A stretch of 25,312 nt of DNA from an uncultured Clostridia bacterium (GCA_946186725.1 CAMHOI010000001.1:1-25312), one strand, 5' to 3'. Positions 1-8,738 are shown, counted from the stretch's first letter. Program-made: numbers and translations. The notes: generated from the sequence alone by a model not told the origin.

Positions 1-4
1 TTGC

Positions 5-2233
5 TTAAGCGATGGGGTAGTCGTCGGGGAAGAAGGTGTACATCAGCAGCCAGATGGCGTCCTCGTCGGTGATCTCGCCGTCGCCGTCGTAGTCAACGGG
101 CTGCTCAACGGGGTAATCGTCGGGGAAGAAGGTGTACATCAGCAAATAGATCGCGTCCTCGTCCGTGACGGCGTCGTCGCCGTCAAGGTCGCCGGAGACG
201 TAGCTGCGCACGGTTAGGATCCCGGCCACGACCGGCAAGGCCGCGTTGCCGCCGCCGTCGTTGACGGACACGCTCAGACCGACGGCGTAGTCGCCCTCGG
301 CGGCGTCCTCCCCGACCGCGAAGGTCAGCGTCAGCAGGGCGCCGTTGGCGTCGGCAACGCTGCCGAAGGTCATGGCGCCTTGTCCCTTGTTCGCGTCCCA
401 GGTTTTCATCAGGGCGTTATCGACGACCCACTCCACTCCCGTCAGCGTCAGCGCGGACGCGTCGTAGGCGACGGCGGCGGCTCCGATGGAGCGGACGGGA
501 TCGGCGTTCTTGAGGACAGCCGTGAGCGTCACGGTTTCGCCGGGTCGGGCGGATCGGCTTTCCACGACGGCCTGCGGATCGTTTTCACCCACAGCGGGAA
601 CCGGATCCGCATTTTTGTGGAAACGAAGGCGGATGGCGGTCTCTTCGCTGATGGTTCCCGTCAGACTGCCGGAAGCGACGCCGTCGTAGGTGTAGCCCTC
701 TTTGGCAACGATGTTTTTGATTTCATACGTCGCGCCGACGGGCAGTTCCTTCCAGCAGTCGCTCTCGCACGTGGAGTCCAGCACGCCGTTGATATACACG
801 TCGGCATAGCCCGGGAAGTAATCGGAGTTTTCCCCGTCGACCTCACCGTTCAGGTCGAGGTGATACGTCGGCGTCCATTTGGCATAGAGCGTTGCGTCGC
901 GGGTAATGTCGTCCGGCAAATCCCAGGCAAAAGTCCCGGCCGTGATTGTCGGCGTATCAGCGCCGTAAATATACCGCTCATTTGCTTCCCCGCCGCCGGT
1001 GCCGTCGCCGTAATAATGGTCAAACCGATACCCCTCGCGGGTGGGCGGGGTGATGACGGTGATCTCGTTGGTACAAGCCGAATCGGAATAGAACTTGTGT
1101 GTTCCGGCCTTATAGTAGAAATCCCGCGTTCCCGGCGTCCCGCCGTTGGCGTTCAAGGTGATGTGGACGACAGTGGAAAGGGGAACAAGCTCCCAGATCT
1201 GATCGGAAGCGCCGGTGTTGGTCTCCAGGCGCACGTTGGTGCCGTCCAGACCGAGCACAAGGTTGGCGTAGGTGGCGTTGTGGATGATATAGCCGCCGCT
1301 TACCGACTCGAATTTCCAGTGCATATCGCTGCGAAGTTCTCCGCTGCCGGGGTAAACGTTTATGTTGGTGCCGTTGGACGGGTTGTCGCTGGCGGGATTG
1401 ATCCATAGCGAAGAGTCAAAAGAGGTTTGCAGCGCATAGGATTTGTTCGTCCCGCTTACCACGAACCGTTGCTGCGCGTTGGAAGCCAACGCGGCCACGG
1501 ACACGTTGGCCTTGCTCGCCGTTCCGGTCACATTCAAATAGGTAGACGTGGATTTGTTGCGGAGGTAATATGTAGCCGAAGCGATATCGGAATAGGTGAC
1601 AGAGGTAGGAGAAGTTCCTCCAAAGTGAATGATTCCATCAAATGTGTAATTGCTACTTCTGTATGAGTAGGAAAAATTCGCTATGCTTTGAACGATTGGC
1701 GTTCCTTCGCTTATTCGTTCGCCGCCTATAGTCCACGCAGAACTTTCAGAGTAGTACACGTTTCCATTAAGAATCGCGTGAATAAAGCAAGTATGTCCGT
1801 AAATAGCTCCAGCATCACCAACGCCTTTTTCAAAACCAACGAGAATATTGTAAGCATCCTTCGTCCCGTTGTTCGTAATGGCGTTTAATGCGGATTCCAC
1901 AGTATAATTCGATGCAGAATAAGCGGCAACGCTGTATCCTCCTGTGCTCTGCGCCTTGTTTTTATAATTGTCAAACTCATCGTTGCCGTTTCCGCTGACG
2001 TACGATGTGTTAATGCCTAATATGACCAGTTGCCAGTTGACATAGGTTGCACAGTATCCATCAAACGAACTGCGGCCGCTTCTTGACAGCGCGGTGTTAT
2101 AGGTGGATTTGATTTGTGCTTTGACTTGGTCTCCGCTCGCCGCTCCGGCCGTGACCATGCCCATTGGCACGATCGCCGCGACCAGCAGAAGCGAGAGCAG
2201 CAGGGACAAGAATTTGCTGGAAAACTTTTTCAT
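5..2233 (-). CDS. Secreted multidomain protein: signal peptide, CHAP-like cysteine peptidase/amidase, ricin-B lectin, InlB B-repeat, Ig-like domain, cohesin, dockerin (742 aa)
   Basis: Signal peptide MKKF...VTAGA; RBS GAAAGGAA 7 nt upstream. CHAP-like triad GYC61, YGH147, YSE163. Ricin-type Q-x-W/F motifs (QQRF, MHWKF, DQIW) at aa ~219-351. InlB B-repeat marks (ITLNANGG, PTREGYRF, TLYAKWT) at aa ~356-455. Cohesin-like segment (SARPGETVTL...VAYDASALTL...LLTLTFAVGEDAAEGDYAV) at aa ~553-676. Duplicated Ca-binding dockerin at aa 677-742. Confidence 0.85.
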   Translation of the reverse strand: MKKFSSKFLSLLLSLLLVAAIVPMGMVTAGAASGDQVKAQIKSTYNTALSRSGRSSFDGYCATYVNWQLVILGINTSYVSGNGNDEFDNYKNKAQSTGGYSVAAYSASNYTVESALNAITNNGTKDAYNILVGFEKGVGDAGAIYGHTCFIHAILNGNVYYSESSAWTIGGERISEGTPIVQSIANFSYSYRSSNYTFDGIIHFGGTSPTSVTYSDIASATYYLRNKSTSTYLNVTGTASKANVSVAALASNAQQRFVVSGTNKSYALQTSFDSSLWINPASDNPSNGTNINVYPGSGELRSDMHWKFESVSGGYIIHNATYANLVLGLDGTNVRLETNTGASDQIWELVPLSTVVHITLNANGGTPGTRDFYYKAGTHKFYSDSACTNEITVITPPTREGYRFDHYYGDGTGGGEANERYIYGADTPTITAGTFAWDLPDDITRDATLYAKWTPTYHLDLNGEVDGENSDYFPGYADVYINGVLDSTCESDCWKELPVGATYEIKNIVAKEGYTYDGVASGSLTGTISEETAIRLRFHKNADPVPAVGENDPQAVVESRSARPGETVTLTAVLKNADPVRSIGAAAVAYDASALTLTGVEWVVDNALMKTWDANKGQGAMTFGSVADANGALLTLTFAVGEDAAEGDYAVGLSVSVNDGGGNAALPVVAGILTVRSYVSGDLDGDDAVTDEDAIYLLMYTFFPDDYPVEQPVDYDGDGEITDEDAIWLLMYTFFPDDYPIA
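15..190 (-). repeat. Duplicated dockerin Ca-binding repeat (96-bp / 32-aa period)
   Basis: Near-identical segments start at 15 and 111. They encode DLDGDDAVTDEDAIYLLMYTFFPDDYP and DYDGDGEITDEDAIWLLMYTFFPDDYP. Confidence 0.92.
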
Positions 2234-2288
2234 ATCATCATTCCTTTCTTTTCCGATCCTACGGGGCGAATCGGGGATAATATGCTAC

Positions 2289-2317
2289 ATTATATCTGTA
2301 TTACAGATATTTGTCAA
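2289..2317 (-). promoter_or_regulatory. Perfect-consensus sigmaA promoter for the 742-aa secreted protein
   Basis: Minus strand TTGACA (2317-2312), 17-nt spacer, TATAAT (2294-2289), about 55 nt upstream of the ATG at 2233. Confidence 0.9.
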
Positions 2318-2335
2318 TATCTGTGTTGCAGATAG
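2292..2335. promoter_or_regulatory. Tandem palindromic operators TATCTG-N5-CAGATA (probable XRE binding sites)
   Basis: O1 ATATCTGTA-T-TACAGATAT (2292-2310) is a perfect inverted repeat. O2 ATATCTGTGTTGCAGATAG is at 2317-2335. The period is 25 bp, and the pair flanks the -35 and overlaps the -10. Confidence 0.8.
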
Positions 2336-2360
2336 TACATAATAACCGCAAAAGGAGGGG

Positions 2361-2591
2361 ATGACGGTGATCTTTCGGAATCTGCGAAGCATCAGGGAGG
2401 ACCGCGACCTGCGGCAAAAGGACGTTGCCGCCATTCTCAACGTATCCCAAAACACCTACTCCCAATATGAAACGGGCGTGATCGCTCTGACCGCGGAGGT
2501 GCTGATCCGCCTGGCCGACTACTATGACGTCAGCGTCGATTATCTCCTCGACCGCACCGCCTGCCCCGCCGTCAACCGTGACGCCTGCTGA
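2361..2591 (+). CDS. XRE-family helix-turn-helix transcriptional regulator (76 aa)
   Basis: LRSIREDRDLRQKDVAAILNVSQNTYSQYETG...LIRLADYYDVSVDYLL is the HTH_3 pattern. RBS AAGGAGGGG lies immediately upstream. Confidence 0.93.
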   Translation: MTVIFRNLRSIREDRDLRQKDVAAILNVSQNTYSQYETGVIALTAEVLIRLADYYDVSVDYLLDRTACPAVNRDAC

Positions 2592-2624
2592 ACCGAGCCG
2601 TTTTTCTTGCGACTCGGTTTTTTG
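2591..2624 (+). terminator. Intrinsic terminator of the XRE gene
   Basis: Stem AACCGAGCCG / CGACTCGGTT (one mismatch) followed by a T run, directly at the stop codon. Confidence 0.7.
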
Positions 2625-2639
2625 ATCGGCGTCAACGGC

Positions 2640-2664
2640 GGGCGGGCACAAGATCCGCCCCTAC
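2640..2664 (-). repeat. Single GTAG-type REP-like element
   Basis: Minus strand GTAG-GGGCGG-ATCTTGTGC-CCGCCC: a GTAG tetranucleotide directly followed by a GC-rich hairpin, the architecture of RAYT-associated REPs. Only one intergenic copy was seen in the window. Confidence 0.55.
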
Positions 2665-2694
2665 GAGCCCGATCGGGCGCCGTCCATTCATCCG

Positions 2695-2724
2695 CGAAGC
2701 CCCCGACGGTCGTCGGGGGCTTCG
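2695..2724. terminator. Strong perfect hairpin at the 3' end of the rplU...mrnC operon
   Basis: CGAAGCCCCCGAC-GGTC-GTCGGGGGCTTCG, a 13-bp stem 5 nt past the mrnC stop. There is no clear U tract on either strand. Confidence 0.55.
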
Positions 2725-2729
2725 TGCGG

Positions 2730-3152
2730 TTAAAGCTTCAGCTCGGCCAGGATCCGGTCGGCGGCGGCGTCGAGGACGGCGTAGTCCAGGGCGGCGAAGA
2801 GGGCCTCGGCGCGGGCGGCCTGACCCGTCAGGTCGAGCCAGCCGAAGAGGGCCTCCAGCCCGGTGGCGGCGTGGTATTCGGCGTCGGTCGCACCCTTGGG
2901 GGTGTGGCCGATCTTGGCGTTGCGCCCGCGGCGGTAGACGGCGGCCTCCTCCTCGCTCAGCAGAGGGAGCAGGCGGGCGGCCCCTTTGGCCTGGGCCGGC
3001 GCGCAGACCAGCGCGACGGCGCGGCGGTGCAGCTCTCCGGCGGGGCGGTTGGCCTCCTCCGTCAGACGCCGGCGCACCAGCCGCTCAAAGACGGCGTCGC
3101 CGTAGAAGGCCAGCGCGGCGGGCGAATATTTGCGCGTGACGTCCGTTTCCAT
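2730..3152 (-). CDS. mrnC: Mini-ribonuclease III (23S rRNA maturation)
   Basis: SPAALAFYGDAVFE, RRGRNAK and YHAATGLEALFGWL are Mini-III signatures. 140 aa, with RBS TAAGGAGG overlapping the obg stop. Confidence 0.92.
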   Translation of the reverse strand: METDVTRKYSPAALAFYGDAVFERLVRRRLTEEANRPAGELHRRAVALVCAPAQAKGAARLLPLLSEEEAAVYRRGRNAKIGHTPKGATDAEYHAATGLEALFGWLDLTGQAARAEALFAALDYAVLDAAADRILAELKL

Positions 3153-3164
3153 TCCCTCGCCTCC

Positions 3165-4514
<1,350 letters not shown>

Positions 4515-4799
4515 TTACTGCTCGACGGCGTAGACGCTGACCTGCTTGCGGTCGCGGCCCAGGCGCTCGAACTTGACCTTTCCGTCGACGAGGGCGAAGA
4601 GGGTGTCGTCCGAACCCTTGCCGACGTTCGTGCCGGGATGGATGTGGGTGCCGCGCTGACGGACGAGGATGTTGCCGGCCAGGACGAACTGACCGTCGGC
4701 GCGCTTGACGCCGAGACGCTTGGCCTCGGAATCACGGCCGTTCTTGGTCGAGCCCATACCTTTTTTATGAGCGAAAAGCTGAATGTCAATGCGAAGCAT
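4515..4799 (-). CDS. rpmA: 50S ribosomal protein L27 with Prp-cleavable N-terminal extension
   Basis: MLRIDIQLF|[15 protein letters not shown].... Start reassigned to the ATG at 4799, which has RBS GGAGGTG upstream. Confidence 0.98.
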   Translation of the reverse strand: MLRIDIQLFAHKKGMGSTKNGRDSEAKRLGVKRADGQFVLAGNILVRQRGTHIHPGTNVGKGSDDTLFALVDGKVKFERLGRDRKQVSVYAVEQ

Positions 4800-5118
4800 C
4801 GTGCTGCACCTCCGTTTTGATGGCAAGATAGGTGGGATACTGTTCTTCCAGTTGGGCGAAATGGGCCTCGAGCCCCTCCAGCAGCGCCTCGGCGCCCGCG
4901 TGCGGCGCGTTCAGCCGCAGGGTCATCCGCCCGTCGTCGACGGAGACGGCCGCGTCGGCCTTCATCACGTCGGTCAGGGTGTTGGCCGTCAGATAGACGG
5001 CGCTGGAGACGGCCGCGCAGACCAGCTTGGCCTGCTGCGTGCCGGCGAGGTCGGTGTGGCCGCTGACGGTGAAGCCGCAGGGGCGGCCCGCCCGCCGGAA
5101 GAAGGTGGCCTCGGTCAC
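4786..5118 (-). CDS. prp: Ribosomal-processing cysteine protease Prp (YsxB family)
   Basis: Lies between rplU and rpmA. Catalytic His/Cys in SGH...[11 protein letters not shown] start. Confidence 0.92.
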   Translation of the reverse strand: MTEATFFRRAGRPCGFTVSGHTDLAGTQQAKLVCAAVSSAVYLTANTLTDVMKADAAVSVDDGRMTLRLNAPHAGAEALLEGLEAHFAQLEEQYPTYLAIKTEVQHDASH

Positions 5119-5123
5119 GGCGA

Positions 5124-5435
5124 TCAGCCCTCGATGGCGCTGATCTGGACCTTGGTGTAGGGCTGTCTGTGACCCAGGCAGCGCTTGGAGCCCTTCTTGG
5201 GGCGATAGGTGAAGACGCGGATCTTCTTGGCCTTGCCCTGCTTGAGGACCTGCGCGGTGACCTTGGCGCCCTCAACGTAGGGCGTACCGGCCTTCAGACC
5301 GTCCTCGCCGCCCAGGGCGATGACCTTGTCGAAGGTGACGGTGGCTTCCGCCTCGGCGTCCAGCTTTTCCACGTAGATCACGTCGCCGTTCTCCACCTTA
5401 TACTGCTTTCCGCCGGTCTCAATAATAGCGTACAT
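5124..5435 (-). CDS. rplU: 50S ribosomal protein L21
   Basis: [14 protein letters not shown]...[11 protein letters not shown]. Confidence 0.99.
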   Translation of the reverse strand: MYAIIETGGKQYKVENGDVIYVEKLDAEAEATVTFDKVIALGGEDGLKAGTPYVEGAKVTAQVLKQGKAKKIRVFTYRPKKGSKRCLGHRQPYTKVQISAIEG

Positions 5436-5515
5436 TCGGTTGGCACCTGCCTTGTTATAGACTCGCTACGCTCGGGCGGGAGAAACTCCGCTTGCGACAG
5501 CCCGGAATAAGCGGC
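5436..5515 (-). ncRNA. Probable L21 leader (cis-regulatory 5' UTR)
   Basis: An ~80-nt leader between the sigmaA promoter and the rplU start, ending GCGAGTCT...AAGGCAGGTG as I recall for firmicute L21 leaders. No covariance model was run. Confidence 0.5.
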
Positions 5516-5521
5516 TTTAGC

Positions 5522-5550
5522 ATTGTAGCACAACGCCTCCCCTTTGTCAA
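5522..5550 (-). promoter_or_regulatory. sigmaA promoter of the rplU operon
   Basis: TTGACA (5550-5545), 17 nt, extended -10 TGcTACAAT (hexamer 5527-5522). Confidence 0.88.
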
Positions 5551-5572
5551 GAAATTTCTTTTCGGGCGAAAA

Positions 5573-5604
5573 GTTCACAAATCGTTCACGAAATGTGGTA
5601 TGAT
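5573..5604 (+). promoter_or_regulatory. Response-regulator promoter with an OmpR/PhoB-type direct-repeat box
   Basis: GTTCACA-AATC-GTTCACG, an 11-bp-period direct repeat (5573-5590) in place of a -35, followed by extended -10 TGgTATGAT (5596-5604). Confidence 0.72.
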
Positions 5605-5652
5605 AGAGCAAACGAAACTGCCACAATAGGAGCGGAAAGAGGGGTGACCCCC

Positions 5653-6327
5653 ATGGAAGAAAAACGGCCCGCGATCCTGATCGCGGACGACGAGGCCCGC
5701 CTGCGGGAGCTTGTGCGCGACCTGCTGGAGCGGGAGGGGTACACGGTCGAGGAGGCCGCCGACGGCGCCGCCGCGGTGGAAGCCGTGCGCCGTGCGCCCG
5801 AGCTCGCTCTGGTGCTGATGGACGTGATGATGCCGGAAATGGACGGCTGGGCGGCCTGCAAGGCCATCCGCGCCTTTTCGGACGTGCCGGTGCTGATGCT
5901 GACCGCCCGCGCCGAGGAGTTCGACGAGCTGATGGGCTTTGAGTCGGGCGCCGACGACTACGTGACCAAGCCCTTCTCCAACCGCGTCCTGCTCAAGCGG
6001 GTGGAGGCCCTGCTCAAGCGCAGCGGCGCCGCGGGCGGCGTCAAGCGGGCGGGGCTGACCGTGGACGCGGCCGCCTACGTGGCCTATCTGGACGGACAGC
6101 CGCTGGACCTGACCGTCAAGGAGTTTGAGATCCTGCGCATCCTCGCGTCGGGCGCCGGCCGGGTGTTCACCCGGGGCCAGCTCCTTGACGCGGTCTGGAA
6201 TTACGATTACGAAGGAGACACCCGTACCGTCGACTCCCACGTCGCCCGTCTGCGCACCAAGATGGGCGCCTACGGTGCCGAGCACCTCAAGACGGTCTAC
6301 GGCGTCGGGTACAAGCTGGAGCCATGA
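5653..6327 (+). CDS. OmpR/PhoB-family response regulator
   Basis: Receiver motifs IADDE, LMDVMMPEMDG, MLTAR, ADDYVTKPF, and winged-helix RTVDSHVARLRTK...LKTVYGVGY. Start reassigned to the ATG at 5653 (RBS GAGGGGTG). Confidence 0.96.
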   Translation: MEEKRPAILIADDEARLRELVRDLLEREGYTVEEAADGAAAVEAVRRAPELALVLMDVMMPEMDGWAACKAIRAFSDVPVLMLTARAEEFDELMGFESGADDYVTKPFSNRVLLKRVEALLKRSGAAGGVKRAGLTVDAAAYVAYLDGQPLDLTVKEFEILRILASGAGRVFTRGQLLDAVWNYDYEGDTRTVDSHVARLRTKMGAYGAEHLKTVYGVGYKLEP

Positions 6328-7796
6328 AAACGAAACGCTTTACGGCAAGCTGGCGCCGCCTCTTCCTGACCATGGCCGCCATCAGCGTCCTTTTCGCCGC
6401 CATGATGCTGGTGGCCAACGGCGGCCTCTTTACCGCCGCCTTCACCGCGCACGAGAAGGGGGTGCTGCGCCGCTGTGCCGAGCGGGCGGGCGCCGTCGAC
6501 GTGAGCGACCGCGACGCCGCCGCCGAGACGCTGCAATCCCTCGAGGAGGGGGACAACGTCCGCTTTAACCTCTACGAGGACGGGGTGCTGATCTATTCCA
6601 GCATCAGCCAGTCCCGCACCCGCCCCGGCTTCAGCGGCTTTGACCTTTTGGTGCGCGGTGAGGAGGAGAGGCAGACGGAATCGCTCGGCGAGGACGGCGC
6701 GGGCGGACGCTATCAGCGGTTGACCGATTCCGCCGGTATGACCTATCTGGCTTATGCCCGATCCTTCGGTGCGCGCACCGTCGAGGTCATCCTGCCCGAG
6801 CGGATCATCGAGGCGGGCGCGGGCTTCGCCACCCGCTTCACGCTGGTGAGCATGACGATCGCTCTGCTGGTGGTGCTGATCGTCAACGTCTGGCTCGCCC
6901 TGCGCTTCACCCGCCCCATCGCCGAGATGAACGACGTCGCCCGGCAGATGACCCGGCTGGACTTCAGCCGCAAGGCCGCCGTCAAGGGCAAGGACGAGCT
7001 GGCCGAGCTGGCCGGCTCCCTCAACGCCCTGTCCGATTCGCTGGACGCCGCCCTGCGCGAGCTGAAGGAGAAGAACGCCCGCCTGGAGAACGAGATCGAG
7101 GATCGGCGCCGGCTGGACGAGATGCGCACGGGCTTTGTCGCCAACGTCTCCCACGAGCTGAAAACGCCGCTGGCCATCCTGCAGGGGTATGCCGAGGCGC
7201 TGGAGGAGGACGGCGTGGTGGACGACCCCGCCAAGCGGGCGCACTACTGCCGCGTCATCCGTGAGGAGACCGGGCGGATGCACGCGCTGGTGCTCCGTCT
7301 GCTCGCGCTGTCCCGCTACGAAAGGGGCGCCGCCGTGACCCCCGAGCCCTTTGACTTGACCGCCTGCGCGGTCAACGTCGTCGATCGCCTCTCCCCCCGC
7401 CTGGAGGAGAAGGAGGTCGCGCTCACCCTCGACCTGCCCGAGCGGCTGGCCGCCGAGGGTGATCCCGTCATGCTGGAGCAGGCGGTGGAAAACTATCTCA
7501 GCAACGCCGTCAGCCACGTCCCACCGGGGGGCGGGATCCGGCTTTATACCGAGCCCTACGGGCAGGGAGAGCGACTGTGCGTCTACAACGCCGGCTCCCA
7601 CGTCCCGCCCGAGGATCTGGAGAACGTGTGGCAGAGCTTCTATCGCGCCGACCGCTCCCACAACCGTGCCGAGGGGCGCTTCGGCCTGGGGCTGTCCATC
7701 GTGCGGGCGATCATGATCGCCCACCGCGCCGATTTCGGCGTCTTCAACACCGAGGACGGTGTCGTCTTCTGGCTGGAGGTCCCCCACCTGCGGTAG
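6324..7796 (+). CDS. Membrane HAMP-domain sensor histidine kinase
   Basis: Two TM segments, a HAMP domain, H-box FVANVSHELKTPL, N-box ENYLSNAV, and G-boxes FYRAD...GLGLSIV. ATGA overlap with the regulator. Confidence 0.96.
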   Translation: MKTKRFTASWRRLFLTMAAISVLFAAMMLVANGGLFTAAFTAHEKGVLRRCAERAGAVDVSDRDAAAETLQSLEEGDNVRFNLYEDGVLIYSSISQSRTRPGFSGFDLLVRGEEERQTESLGEDGAGGRYQRLTDSAGMTYLAYARSFGARTVEVILPERIIEAGAGFATRFTLVSMTIALLVVLIVNVWLALRFTRPIAEMNDVARQMTRLDFSRKAAVKGKDELAELAGSLNALSDSLDAALRELKEKNARLENEIEDRRRLDEMRTGFVANVSHELKTPLAILQGYAEALEEDGVVDDPAKRAHYCRVIREETGRMHALVLRLLALSRYERGAAVTPEPFDLTACAVNVVDRLSPRLEEKEVALTLDLPERLAAEGDPVMLEQAVENYLSNAVSHVPPGGGIRLYTEPYGQGERLCVYNAGSHVPPEDLENVWQSFYRADRSHNRAEGRFGLGLSIVRAIMIAHRADFGVFNTEDGVVFWLEVPHLR

Positions 7797-7843
7797 ATGC
7801 GCGCAGGCCATTTATAATAGGTAAAAGGAAAGGAGGCGCCGCC

Positions 7844-8707
7844 GTGGAGGGGTGTGCGCTTTGTCCCCGCCGGTGCGGCGCTCGCCGCGACCTGGGCGAG
7901 CGGGGCTGTTGCGGTGCCGACGCCGCCGTGCGCGTGGCCCGTGCGGCGCCCCATTTCTGGGAGGAGCCCTGCCTGTCGGGCGACAAGGGAGCGGGCGCCG
8001 TTTTCTTCGCGGGCTGTTCGCTGGGGTGCGTGTTCTGTCAGAACGCCGCCATCCGTGCCCCCTCGGCGGGGCGCCCCGTCAGCGTGGAGGAGCTGGCCGC
8101 CCTCTTCGGCGAGCTGGAGGCACAGGGCGTGCACACCCTTGACCTCGTCACCCCCACCCATTACGCCGACGCGGTCGCGGCCGCCCTGCGGCTGGCAAAG
8201 CCGGGGATCCCCGTGGTGTGGAACAGCGGGGGCTATGAACGGTCCGAGACCCTGGCGCGGCTTTCGGGGCTGGTGGACGTTTACCTGCCCGACTACAAAT
8301 TTCACGATCCCGCCACCGCCGCCATGTACGCCAACGCCCCCGACTATCCCGAGGTCGCCCTGGCCGCCATTGCCGCCATGCTCGCCCAGGTGGGGGAGCC
8401 CGTCTTTGACGACGACGGGATCCTGAAGAGGGGCGTTCTGGTGCGGCACCTGGTTCTGCCCGGCCACGCCGACGAGTCCATGAAGGCGCTCAAGGCCCTG
8501 CGCCGCGCCTTCGGGGACAGGATCCTCGTGAGCGTCATGAGTCAGTACACCCCCATGCCGGGCATGGCGCCCCCGCTCGACCGTCCCGTGACCGCGGATG
8601 AGTACGAGTTGGTGCTCGATTATGCCGACCACCTCGGGATCGTCAACGGGTTTCGCCAGGAGCCCGGCGCCGCGAGCGCACAATTCATTCCCGATTTCGA
8701 CGTGTGA
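7844..8707 (+). CDS. Radical SAM protein, PflX-like (COG1313 type)
   Basis: CALCPRRC N-terminal cluster, HFWEEPCLSG, CSLGCVFC (CxxxCxxC), VWNSGGYE, VYLPDYKF, VRHLVLPG. GTG start at 7844 with RBS AAGGAGG. Confidence 0.9.
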   Translation: MEGCALCPRRCGARRDLGERGCCGADAAVRVARAAPHFWEEPCLSGDKGAGAVFFAGCSLGCVFCQNAAIRAPSAGRPVSVEELAALFGELEAQGVHTLDLVTPTHYADAVAAALRLAKPGIPVVWNSGGYERSETLARLSGLVDVYLPDYKFHDPATAAMYANAPDYPEVALAAIAAMLAQVGEPVFDDDGILKRGVLVRHLVLPGHADESMKALKALRRAFGDRILVSVMSQYTPMPGMAPPLDRPVTADEYELVLDYADHLGIVNGFRQEPGAASAQFIPDFDV

Positions 8708-8734
8708 GAACCCCCGGCGGAGCGCCGGGGGTTC
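8708..8734. terminator. Hairpin terminator between convergent genes
   Basis: GAACCCCCGGCG-GAG-CGCCGGGGGTTC, a 12-bp perfect stem between the stops at 8707 and 8739. Confidence 0.75.
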
Positions 8735-8738
8735 CCTT

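Noticed and set aside
2301-2651. 116-aa minus-strand ORF opposite the XRE gene
   Set aside because: Antisense shadow of the XRE gene that runs into the operator region, with no RBS.
2361-2664. Prophage or ICE boundary suggested by the XRE repressor and divergent promoter
   Set aside because: No integrase, att-like repeat, Cro partner or phage genes in the window.
4800-4826. Longer ORF-track starts (L27 at 4826; also 5593, 7577, 11207, 17164, 17778, 19647)
   Set aside because: RBS position and family N-termini support the downstream starts used in the feature list.
7813-7818. TATAAT upstream of the radical SAM gene as an internal promoter
   Set aside because: No -35 or TG extension at the proper spacing, so it is unsupported without TSS data.
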